Program-made: the position numbers and the translations under genes
Notes under the pieces: model-generated
Database searches by the model: none
What the model was told of the DNA's origin: nothing
Seen by the model: the letters and a program-made list of their open reading frames with translations, nothing else
Shown here: in pieces, positions 28,928 to 37,048 of the stretch
Layout of the letters: each line of letters opens with the position of its first letter
How positions within the stretch are numbered: the stretch's first letter is position 1
Source of the DNA: a virus
DNA length: 64,000 nt
IMG/VR virus record: IMGVR_UViG_3300027762_000003
Coordinates: 16,028-80,027 of that record
Reading direction: 5' to 3' (one strand)

Positions 28928-29554
28928 TTAAGTACATGGCTTCTGTATACGGGCGATCACTCCACCCGATCGCCTCTTCACCTCTAGGAATATATCCCTA
29001 GCAATATCCTCGATCACCCCAACACTATCGACCCGGATATAGCTTTCTCCAGCAAGAGCCAATCGGTAGCCAGCCCTTACCCTTTGCCAGAATTGGTCAG
29101 ATCGCCAGTCGAGCTTATCGTTGCCTACCCGCCCTTTAATTTGCTGCTTACTAAACTCCAATGGTGGATCTATCCACACTACAAAATCCGGCTTTCTGGC
29201 GGGGATAGCTCTGTGAATCTCATTGATTAAGTGCAAGTCAACTCCCGCTCCATATCCGTCATAGGCAATGGTCGAGTAGAGCGAACGATCGCTGATCACC
29301 CACTTTCCCTCTTGTAATGCCGGGTTGATGACTTCCTTATAGTGCTGTGCCCTATCTGAGCAGAATCGCAGGCATTGAGCCAAAGGGCAGAGATCCCGCC
29401 CCATTACCGCCTCATAGACAAGAAGTCCGTAATCTGTGGCTCCTGGCTCTTTGGTTAAGATGTGGGGAATTTCTAGCTCGTGCAGGCGATCGCTTAGTAG
29501 TTTCGCCTGTTCAGATTTCCCCGATCCATCAATCCCCTCAAACGCGATAAACAT
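28928..29554 (-). CDS. tmk: Thymidylate kinase
   Basis: MFIAFEGIDGSGKS, TKEPG, DRAQH, VISDRSLYSTIAY. Confidence 0.95.
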   Translation of the reverse strand: MFIAFEGIDGSGKSEQAKLLSDRLHELEIPHILTKEPGATDYGLLVYEAVMGRDLCPLAQCLRFCSDRAQHYKEVINPALQEGKWVISDRSLYSTIAYDGYGAGVDLHLINEIHRAIPARKPDFVVWIDPPLEFSKQQIKGRVGNDKLDWRSDQFWQRVRAGYRLALAGESYIRVDSVGVIEDIARDIFLEVKRRSGGVIARIQKPCT

Positions 29555-29638
29555 TGCGGTTCCCCATTTCTCACTACTGTCATTCTATTTGGAAGATCCC
29601 TCTTCCATAGGGCGCTAAGATTTTCTTAGATGAACTGC

Positions 29639-29667
29639 TTGACAATAGTTGAATATCACGTTATTGT
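29639..29667 (+). promoter_or_regulatory. Sigma70-type promoter (phage promoter family)
   Basis: TTGACA-N17-TATTGT, followed by ACAAAACGGAGAAAATCATG. Confidence 0.7.
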
Positions 29668-29705
29668 AGATATATAAACAAAAAGAGGACAAAACGGAGA
29701 AAATC

Positions 29706-29936
29706 ATGAGTAGAACCAAACGAGACGAATTTGCTTTGAGCGGCTACACAGCCTTCCGGAAGTGCCGGACTATAAACCGAAAAGCTGAAGTTATGGCAAT
29801 CAGTGCTGTACAGGAAGAGGGATTTCTCCCTTCCAATCGCCAAAAACACCGTGCGAATAGGGGTAGACTTATACGCGGAGGCTACCGCGAAATTGCCGCC
29901 CTACGTGAGCTTCCCAAAGCTTGCTGGACGCGGTAA
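29706..29936 (+). CDS. Small basic hypothetical protein
   Basis: Own promoter and GGAG RBS. Confidence 0.55.
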   Translation: MSRTKRDEFALSGYTAFRKCRTINRKAEVMAISAVQEEGFLPSNRQKHRANRGRLIRGGYREIAALRELPKACWTR

Positions 29937-30045
29937 TAGGGAGACGTATGAAAACTGATGGCGCATCAAGCGTGACGCTGTGACTCAAATTCACTGCGCC
30001 ATCATTGCCAGATATCTGGTAAGTATACATTCAGAAAAAAACTGC

Positions 30046-30074
30046 TTGACAACAGCTAACTATTTAGCTATCAT
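30046..30074 (+). promoter_or_regulatory. Sigma70-type promoter (phage promoter family)
   Basis: TTGACA-N17-TATCAT. Confidence 0.7.
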
Positions 30075-30105
30075 AGGTGTATAGACAAAACGGAGAAAGA
30101 AAATC

Positions 30106-30657
30106 ATGTTAGTAGGTGAATCAGTATTTGTGTATTGGGGTGGAGATGTAATCGAGGGTGAGATCTACTACGAAGCAGTCGTAGTCGATTACATCCCCGC
30201 CTCCTATGATGTGATTAAAGATGTATGTGATTTCTGGTTTTTGGGGGTATTCCCCCCCCATACAAAAGAATTCGGCAGGGTAAGAGAAGGGATTGCAGTC
30301 TTGCAGTCTGTCTTAGGATGCGGCGACTGTTTTACAGCCCCTGCCGATAGGGTATTTCGTCTTCTTCCCCCCCAAGGTGAGTATCCTCAAAAAGTCGTTC
30401 CTTTTGAGTCTCTCTTGCGAGACTTCAAGAAAGTCGAGTTAAAAGAGACTCAGCTCATTGGTGGTGTGCGGATTTTCCGCACCGAACACATTACGACTAC
30501 GCTGCGAAATGGAATGATGAGTTCCGAGAGGGTCTTTGAATGGAAGGCTGAGATCTCCCAAGAGCGGGGGAATGGGTTTTATCTCACGACATCCGAAGAT
30601 CTCTCCTGGGAGGAGATCTATTCAAAGGCTGTTAAAAAGTTCACATTTCAAAGGTAA
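30106..30657 (+). CDS. Hypothetical protein
   Basis: 183-aa ORF with promoter and GGAG RBS. Confidence 0.65.
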   Translation: MLVGESVFVYWGGDVIEGEIYYEAVVVDYIPASYDVIKDVCDFWFLGVFPPHTKEFGRVREGIAVLQSVLGCGDCFTAPADRVFRLLPPQGEYPQKVVPFESLLRDFKKVELKETQLIGGVRIFRTEHITTTLRNGMMSSERVFEWKAEISQERGNGFYLTTSEDLSWEEIYSKAVKKFTFQR

Positions 30658-30663
30658 GGATCG

Positions 30664-31569
30664 ATGCCAAAATTTATCACCCAACCCATGTTGTCAAACT
30701 TCTACACTGATGCCGTCTGCTTCGCGCTCGAAGCGCACCGGCAACAAATCAGAAAAAACGGAACACCCTATGCCGCACATCTCTTAGCGGTATCCAGCCT
30801 TGTGCTTGAGGCTGGAGGAACGGAGAAAGAGGCGATCTCCGCACTTTTTCACGACCTGCTTGAAGATATCTGGGGTGGAAAATTCCCAGATCAATGCTTG
30901 AACCGCAAAGGGGAATTTATCATTCCTTGCAACGATCCATACGTTCCGTCTGATTGGGTCGTTGACGGCGATATCCTCCGAATCATGAAGGCGCTGAGTG
31001 AGGATAAGTCCCTCCCCAAAGCGGATAGGAAAGCTCAGTACATCATAGGAGTGTCTGATCTCTCCAATCCTCTCCACAAGTCTATAGCACTCGTAAGTGC
31101 GGCGGATAAGCTCCATAATCTCAGGAGCTATTACCACGATTTCTGCACCTACGGCACTCTGATTGATGCTGAAGCTAAACGCTTCAACAAGCATTTAGTA
31201 GATGTTTACGCGGTAGCTGAATCTGTGCCCAGTCACTGGGTGAATGAAATGAATCGAATCTTAGAGCAACTATTAGACGAATACAACCTCCTCGAACTTG
31301 AGGAGGTCCGCTTCGATTTGAAAACGTGCGAGAAACAAATCGATGACAGAGAGAACGAGATCCGGAGGGAGTGCGGCGATATCATTTCCCTTCTTGATAA
31401 CCTAATCAGGGAGCATGAGACCCTGAATGATGACGGAACTCCCAGCCTTACAGGAGAGCAAGTGAGAGAGAGGGCTGCTCCACTCATCAAAAGGCTTGAA
31501 AGCTTTGCCCACAACTGGAAGAGACGCTTCTCTCCCGAAGAACGGTTCTTTCTAACAGGAGAAGAGTGA
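30664..31569 (+). CDS. HD-domain hydrolase, RelA/SpoT-hydrolase (small alarmone hydrolase/Mesh1)-like, with C-terminal extension
   Basis: AH..Q.RK.GTPY..H...V, ALFHDLLED, LSEDK, VSAADKLHNLRS. Confidence 0.85.
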   Translation: MPKFITQPMLSNFYTDAVCFALEAHRQQIRKNGTPYAAHLLAVSSLVLEAGGTEKEAISALFHDLLEDIWGGKFPDQCLNRKGEFIIPCNDPYVPSDWVVDGDILRIMKALSEDKSLPKADRKAQYIIGVSDLSNPLHKSIALVSAADKLHNLRSYYHDFCTYGTLIDAEAKRFNKHLVDVYAVAESVPSHWVNEMNRILEQLLDEYNLLELEEVRFDLKTCEKQIDDRENEIRRECGDIISLLDNLIREHETLNDDGTPSLTGEQVRERAAPLIKRLESFAHNWKRRFSPEERFFLTGEE

Positions 31570-31668
31570 GTGAAGGGCAAAATCTTCTTGCCTAGATCCC
31601 CTGACTAATCGCATTTCATTCACCTAGTCACTGGGTGAATGAAATGAATCGAATCTTAGAGCAACTAT
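31231..31668. repeat. 43-bp exact direct repeat (31231-31273 and 31626-31668)
   Basis: AGTCACTGGGTGAATGAAATGAATCGAATCTTAGAGCAACTAT occurs twice. Confidence 0.9.
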
Positions 31669-31677
31669 AGAGGTAGC

Positions 31678-32691
31678 ATGAAATACATCGTAACGACAAG
31701 ATTTGCAGCGATCGCCCAGGTCAAAAAGTTCGCCATGGTAGATGGAACGGTGCCGGGATGGTTGGCAGCAAGTGGTGATGACTTGCACTATGATCACCAC
31801 CGGCCCGGCGGGGCGGATATCCAGATCTTGGAGATGGACACTGCTCCAATCCTGCGCGATACTGATGGTTATACCATCGTAACGACGCAAATAGACGCGG
31901 ATGCCTGCGTAGCGGCGGCATGGCTTCAGCTTAACGAAGATGAACGTCAGGTTAACCTGCGGAAATTATCGGCGATCGCCTATGACTGCGACCACCTTGC
32001 AGTTCCCAGTTACCTTGCTAACCTTTCGAGCTTCGCAGCGCAAGCAGTCGCTGCCATGAAGACCGGTTCATCAAGCCTAGTTAAGGAACTAGACTTGCCC
32101 GCCGACCGTAAGGGGTGGAGCGTCCTAGACAAGGAGGAGTACGCTTCTAAAGCGTTTGAGGCTGGCACACAAGCTATCCTTGACGCTTGCCGGGGAATTG
32201 CCCCATGGCCAGGAGAAAATGGGGAAGCGTCTGGGTACTGGCAGACCGTTGAGAAAAATGTTCAAATGATTTTGGATGGCGATCGGGTAAGCCTTTACAA
32301 AGGTTGCTTGATCTTTGATGGGAAAGGGCTTCAAGGGAAGTATATCGATCCAAGGTGCTGGTTACGGGCAGCGCAAGCAATGGGTATCCGCGACGATGCA
32401 CCCTTGCAGTCTCGGACGCTTTGCCCTATAACCCTTACTCAAAGGGAGGTTTACATTGAGGATACCTTCCAGGGTTACTCTTACACCATCGGGTGTATAC
32501 CGTTCCATCCCAAGCTCAACGAACTCGACTTCACCAGTGGGACATTTGATGCGCTTACTAAAGCGGAAAAATCAATTAATCCCCATGCTGATGGGTGGGG
32601 AGGACGCAAGACAGTTGGCGGATCTGGGTGGAATACTCCATCTAACCTTTCGCCGCAGGAAATTATTGATATAGCTGTTAAATGTTTTTAG
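31678..32691 (+). CDS. Divergent DHH-like phosphoesterase
   Basis: VDG, YDHH, TTQIDADA, DCDH, C-terminal GWGGRKTVGGS. Confidence 0.55.
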   Translation: MKYIVTTRFAAIAQVKKFAMVDGTVPGWLAASGDDLHYDHHRPGGADIQILEMDTAPILRDTDGYTIVTTQIDADACVAAAWLQLNEDERQVNLRKLSAIAYDCDHLAVPSYLANLSSFAAQAVAAMKTGSSSLVKELDLPADRKGWSVLDKEEYASKAFEAGTQAILDACRGIAPWPGENGEASGYWQTVEKNVQMILDGDRVSLYKGCLIFDGKGLQGKYIDPRCWLRAAQAMGIRDDAPLQSRTLCPITLTQREVYIEDTFQGYSYTIGCIPFHPKLNELDFTSGTFDALTKAEKSINPHADGWGGRKTVGGSGWNTPSNLSPQEIIDIAVKCF

Positions 32692-32768
32692 GAGGAGAAC
32701 AGGGAAATCTTTTCCAAGATATGGAAAGGCATCCATTGGGAAGTCCTTTCTCCTAAAACTTAATCCAC

Positions 32769-32812
32769 TTAACTAAAAAGCACCGGTAAAAAAACCGGTG
32801 CTTTTTAGTTAA
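32769..32812. terminator. Perfect 19-bp-arm inverted repeat, probable bidirectional terminator
   Basis: TTAACTAAAAAGCACCGGT-AAAAAA-ACCGGTGCTTTTTAGTTAA. Confidence 0.8.
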
Positions 32813-32819
32813 ACTTGAA

Positions 32820-33410
32820 GTGCAATCCAAGGAAGCAAAAACAAGGATCAAAGTGTACCGATTTTACGGAATGCCAGCAACTACGGAACCCAGGTATGGA
32901 TTAATTTCGGCCATATCTTATGCAGTATTGATCTGCCGAGATCGTCGTCGAAGTCAGCTTCAAGGGACTAGCTTCTGGGAGCGATTTCACAAGTGTGTCT
33001 ATGATGCTGGAATCAGATCGACTAATCTCCTGGAGTATCCAGCACTCCTATGCCAAGGGGTGAGTTCAGACTTAACCCAGGCTATCCTCAAGGGATTGTC
33101 CATCCCTCTATCCGAATGCCCTGATATTCACCTCCCCATCCTCCCCACTGGAGAAGCGGGGGACTTGTTCACCCCCAACCAGTCCCCACTACTGACAGCC
33201 TATTGGGTAGAGACCGTGGCTAAATGCTGCAAACTCCACGGATATACAGAAGAGGATATTCTGGAAATTCCTAGGGATATCACCAAGTCGCAATGGGTAG
33301 CGGTCTCTTGTCGGGTCAGAAGAGAGGAGGATAAGGAGATAGCCAAGGTTAATAGTGATCGAGCCAAGGCACTGGAAGAATTGGAAACAATTGAAGTCGA
33401 GGTAAGTTAA
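32820..33410 (+). CDS. csf4: Type IV-B CRISPR small subunit (Csf4/Cas11-like)
   Basis: Helical protein with FWERF...A..RSTNL.EY...LC, directly before csf2; the start may be the GTG at 32853. Assigned largely by synteny. Confidence 0.6.
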   Translation: MQSKEAKTRIKVYRFYGMPATTEPRYGLISAISYAVLICRDRRRSQLQGTSFWERFHKCVYDAGIRSTNLLEYPALLCQGVSSDLTQAILKGLSIPLSECPDIHLPILPTGEAGDLFTPNQSPLLTAYWVETVAKCCKLHGYTEEDILEIPRDITKSQWVAVSCRVRREEDKEIAKVNSDRAKALEELETIEVEVS

Positions 33411-33412
33411 TA

Positions 33413-34576
33413 ATGGACTACGATATCCACGATCGCCGTCACGTCACTTATCACTGTGTATTCGATCTGCTCTCCCCCTTGAGCCACATTGGGGAAACTC
33501 TCGGTGGTAGCAATATCACCGTACTTAAACAAGCCAAACGCATCGCCATTGATGGGAGGGAGCGATCTCACTTCGTTTTTTCTTCCAACGCATTCAGAAA
33601 CGCCATATTTAGACGCAAGGGATTTGGATTTACCCTTGACGGATTAGGCGTGCAAGTTGACCCCACCACCCATCACACCCTTTTTGCAGGAGGGCGGATC
33701 GACTCCGGGACAGTTGCCAATATCGAGCTTGAAGACCAGTTTCGGCGCTGGCTTCCTGGCTTATCCGTACTCGGAACCGCCAAACCTAAAGACATGGGAG
33801 GGGAGAAAGGCTCCCAGATGATTAGTGGGCGGCTATCCGTAGGTGATGCTGTTCTTGTTTGTTACGAAACTATTAATTACATTTATCAGCAAGCGCCTGG
33901 ATTGATTCCCTATTCAATTTACTCATCCGTCAAGCGGATTATGGAGGCAAGGGAGGCGATCACTGCCGATATTTTTTCGCAACCGTCTCCAGAGGCGAGC
34001 GCTGCTTATGAGAAAGCACTGGAGGAGGAGCTACCCAAAATCAAGCAGCACTTGAAATCCTCTACTGCGTGCATTTCCACTAATCGCTTCTATCGCCGCG
34101 ATAGCGAGAGTGATCCTGATTTAGTGAAATACCTGAAAGCGCCTGAGCAGAAACTCATCGGCACTATCCCCGGACTTACGGAGGAAAAAAAGAAGCCGGT
34201 AGCAGAGAAACAGGAGTCTCGATTCATGGGAGACGACCACTTGATTGCTCCAGGCAACCAACTCTATAGCCGGATGGACATGCACGGCACGACTGTAGAG
34301 GAAGGATTTCTCTGTGCAGCGCTCCTAGAATTCGCCAAGCACCCTTATATAGGTGGTAAATCGAATCGAGGTAATGGGCACGTAAACTTGAGGATAAATT
34401 ACAAGGATCACACCATAGGGGAATCGGGAATATTGCTTTCGGTGGGAACCGACTACCAGCAATTAAGCGATCGCGCTCAAGAGAATTACCGTCGGTATTG
34501 TAATCATTTGGAGGAATTTAAGCACCATCTGGAATCCGCAGATTCTATGCCTAGACATCTTTTAGGAGGGAAATAA
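33413..34576 (+). CDS. csf2: Type IV CRISPR backbone RAMP (Csf2/Cas7)
   Basis: LLSPLSHIGE, SSNAFRN..FRR, HTLFAGG, LSVLG, MISGRLSVGDA, G-rich loop IGGKSNRGNGHV. Confidence 0.9.
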   Translation: MDYDIHDRRHVTYHCVFDLLSPLSHIGETLGGSNITVLKQAKRIAIDGRERSHFVFSSNAFRNAIFRRKGFGFTLDGLGVQVDPTTHHTLFAGGRIDSGTVANIELEDQFRRWLPGLSVLGTAKPKDMGGEKGSQMISGRLSVGDAVLVCYETINYIYQQAPGLIPYSIYSSVKRIMEAREAITADIFSQPSPEASAAYEKALEEELPKIKQHLKSSTACISTNRFYRRDSESDPDLVKYLKAPEQKLIGTIPGLTEEKKKPVAEKQESRFMGDDHLIAPGNQLYSRMDMHGTTVEEGFLCAALLEFAKHPYIGGKSNRGNGHVNLRINYKDHTIGESGILLSVGTDYQQLSDRAQENYRRYCNHLEEFKHHLESADSMPRHLLGGK

Positions 34577-34582
34577 ATAGAA

Positions 34583-35269
34583 ATGGAACCCATACAGATT
34601 ACCGCTTGGATGAGTAGCGCGATCGCGCTGCCCGACGATTGGTCGCCCGACTTGGTGGGCATAGTGATCGCTACCATATTTGATAAAGATCCTCGCCCTT
34701 TTCAAGAGGATTTATCCACACTTGAGGGGGTTCCCTTTGCTAAAACCGATTTAGGTTCCCCTCTACTTTGGTATTTTGCCTGCTCGTCCCCTTGCTACGA
34801 GCTACTTAGTGAAGAGGTGACCCGTTTCCGAAAACGCTGGGACGCTGATGACGGTCGGGTTAGCTGGGGTAAGCGCAAGCCCCAATTTAACGCATCGGAG
34901 GGGAGTGAGAAAAATTATGATCTCCCTCTTCCTCTCAGGGGAATGGAGCGGATCGATTGGTTCGCCATTGGAGATATCGGAGGCGCAGAGCGACTGCTCA
35001 AGCAAGTCACCCACCTAGGGAAAAAACGGAAAGGGGTTGTGGCGCGGTGGGTGGTGAAGGCAATCGCTCACGACTGGCATCTGTACCGCAACAACGAGCT
35101 AATGCGTCCTATCCCTATTAGCTGCAAGCGTCCCGAATGTCTTTCATACGGCATTCGGGATTGGGGATGGCGGCCCCCAATCTGGCTACCTAAGAATAAG
35201 GAGCGGTGTGCCATGCCGGTAATCACAGTAATCAAGCCATGGATGAACAATCAAGAGCAAGCTTTTTAG
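34583..35269 (+). CDS. csf3: Type IV CRISPR Cas5-like RAMP (Csf3)
   Basis: MEPIQITAWM, FRKRWD, IDWFAIGD...LL..VTHLGKKR.G.V..W.V, LMRPIP, RPPIW. Confidence 0.88.
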   Translation: MEPIQITAWMSSAIALPDDWSPDLVGIVIATIFDKDPRPFQEDLSTLEGVPFAKTDLGSPLLWYFACSSPCYELLSEEVTRFRKRWDADDGRVSWGKRKPQFNASEGSEKNYDLPLPLRGMERIDWFAIGDIGGAERLLKQVTHLGKKRKGVVARWVVKAIAHDWHLYRNNELMRPIPISCKRPECLSYGIRDWGWRPPIWLPKNKERCAMPVITVIKPWMNNQEQAF

Positions 35270-35931
35270 GATGGACTCAACTCCCTCGATTTAAGAAAAG
35301 AGTGGAGGAAGCCAAGCGAACCATCAATGAGGCACTGGCGATCGCTCCCTCCTATGTTGCGGTTAGTTGGGGAAAAGATAGCACCGTACTACTCCACCTG
35401 TGCCAACAAATCGATCCGAATATCAAGGCTATTTCACTAGGGAATCCGGATCGCTCTTTTTGTGGCTATGAGCAGGTAATTTCGGACTACTGCGATCGCT
35501 TCCCAACCAATCTCGAAACAATCGAAATAGAGGGAGATCACGTTCCCGACAAACTCAAGCAACTGCGACTGTGGGAGCGGTATCCTATGGCGATCGTAGG
35601 AGTACGGAAAGAGGAATCGCAATATCGCTCGATGGCTATTTCTCGTTATGGGCTGATCTACCAATTCACCAATGGCGAAAAGGAGGGAAGTTGGAGGTGC
35701 TTTCCTTTGGGATATTGGGGATGGCAAGATGTCTGGGGTTATATAGTGCAGCACGATTTACCTTATCTGAGTGCCTACGATCGCCAATCTTGGGAAAGGG
35801 GAAGGACGACTGACCATTTGAGTAAAAGCACTAAAAAGCGATGGCAGCGTACCCGATTAGAGGGATTAGCGTCCATCGCTCCTGAATACTATCAGTATTT
35901 GCTCAAGCAATACCCAGAAATGTTCAACTAG
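35239..35931 (+). CDS. CysH/PAPS-reductase-like PP-loop protein associated with type IV-B
   Basis: YVAVSWGKDSTVLL, GVRKEES..R, PL..W...DVW.YI....LPY...YD; no C-terminal ECGxH. Start placed at MDEQSR. Confidence 0.88.
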   Translation: MDEQSRASFLGWTQLPRFKKRVEEAKRTINEALAIAPSYVAVSWGKDSTVLLHLCQQIDPNIKAISLGNPDRSFCGYEQVISDYCDRFPTNLETIEIEGDHVPDKLKQLRLWERYPMAIVGVRKEESQYRSMAISRYGLIYQFTNGEKEGSWRCFPLGYWGWQDVWGYIVQHDLPYLSAYDRQSWERGRTTDHLSKSTKKRWQRTRLEGLASIAPEYYQYLLKQYPEMFN

Positions 35932-36256
35932 CTAGGACAAAATCGACCCCATTAGGGGTTACAATCCCATCCCCGTAGCTGACCGAAATAAACTCCAACC
36001 CTTCATGTCCAATATCGGAAAATCCATGAACTTGCCCGGATTCCTTATGGTAAAGATCCCCCTTCTTTATCTGGTGATTTTTGTCTCCATCAAACCAGAT
36101 CCCACTTCCTCTTAGGATTTGGATACTACAGGGTACTTCGTGACTATGGGGAGGGACTTCACCACCCTCTTCTATCCTCACCAGGAGGACTTGAGTATTG
36201 TAGCGATTGAAGATATTTTGAACGGTTGTTTTCTTGCACTCGTCAATCTCAAACAT
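35924..36256 (-). CDS. Cupin-domain protein
   Basis: GGEVPPHSH...ILRGSG...IKKGD....SGQVHGF. Confidence 0.85.
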   Translation of the reverse strand: MFEIDECKKTTVQNIFNRYNTQVLLVRIEEGGEVPPHSHEVPCSIQILRGSGIWFDGDKNHQIKKGDLYHKESGQVHGFSDIGHEGLEFISVSYGDGIVTPNGVDFVLAS

Positions 36257-36293
36257 ACACTAATCCAATTTTGTTGACCCATCTATTTTAACC

Positions 36294-36968
36294 ATGAATT
36301 ACTGTTATCTGTGCGGGAAAGACGGAGATCGCCCATTAGATCTTCCCAAAACATTCACCGCCCATAACCTAGCCAAAAACCCCACGTCTGACGTACTCTG
36401 TGATCGCTGTTACGGGACGATTGCAGGTGACGAAAAACAGCTCTACTACTGGAACGAGAACAAGAATCCGCCTGCATGGTCAAAGTTATGGGGGCGATCG
36501 CTCTCCAGGCTTTACGTGGGAGAAGAACTGAGATCACCCATCATCGAAGGAGAGCGGGAAGGTACGGCGATCGTCCACTCTTTACCCACTCGTGTAGAAA
36601 TCCGGCAATGGCTCATCAATCCACCTGAGCCACCATTTACAATCGCCATCTCGGTTTCAGGGCAAAAGCATATTTTACCTTTTGCCCAAGAAGCGCATGA
36701 TAGAGAGCGGTTTCCGATTCGATTTGAGTTAACCTCTTTGGAGGTCAACCGCCAAGAATTCACTCGCCTACTCGCTAATTTTGAAATGCTTTACGACATG
36801 GGATTGACTAAAGCGGAAATCCTTAAAGGCAATTACAGTGTGTCACGAGTGGCGGCGATTCCTTATGCGGATTTCCTGAAAAGAGAGGAGGAGATCGCGC
36901 AGTACCGTGGCACTGACCTGCTAGAGTTGGCGGCGTTTGTAGCGCAAAAGGAAGGGGCGATCGAGTAG
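36294..36968 (+). CDS. csf1: Type IV CRISPR Cas8-like large subunit (Csf1)
   Basis: CYLCG...FT.H.....P.SD.LCDRC zinc finger; LINPPEPPF.I.I..SGQKHILP. Confidence 0.85.
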   Translation: MNYCYLCGKDGDRPLDLPKTFTAHNLAKNPTSDVLCDRCYGTIAGDEKQLYYWNENKNPPAWSKLWGRSLSRLYVGEELRSPIIEGEREGTAIVHSLPTRVEIRQWLINPPEPPFTIAISVSGQKHILPFAQEAHDRERFPIRFELTSLEVNRQEFTRLLANFEMLYDMGLTKAEILKGNYSVSRVAAIPYADFLKREEEIAQYRGTDLLELAAFVAQKEGAIE

Positions 36969-37048
36969 GGTAAAGGTGATCGTGGATTTGTTGTATAAAT
37001 CGATTTGATTAACGACTTAAACGCTAGTCGAAACCAGCGTTTTTTGTG

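Noticed and set aside
35239-35931. cysH as a sulfur-assimilation auxiliary metabolic gene
   Set aside because: It lacks the C-terminal ECGxH catalytic motif and sits within the csf genes, matching the IV-B-associated CysH-like family.
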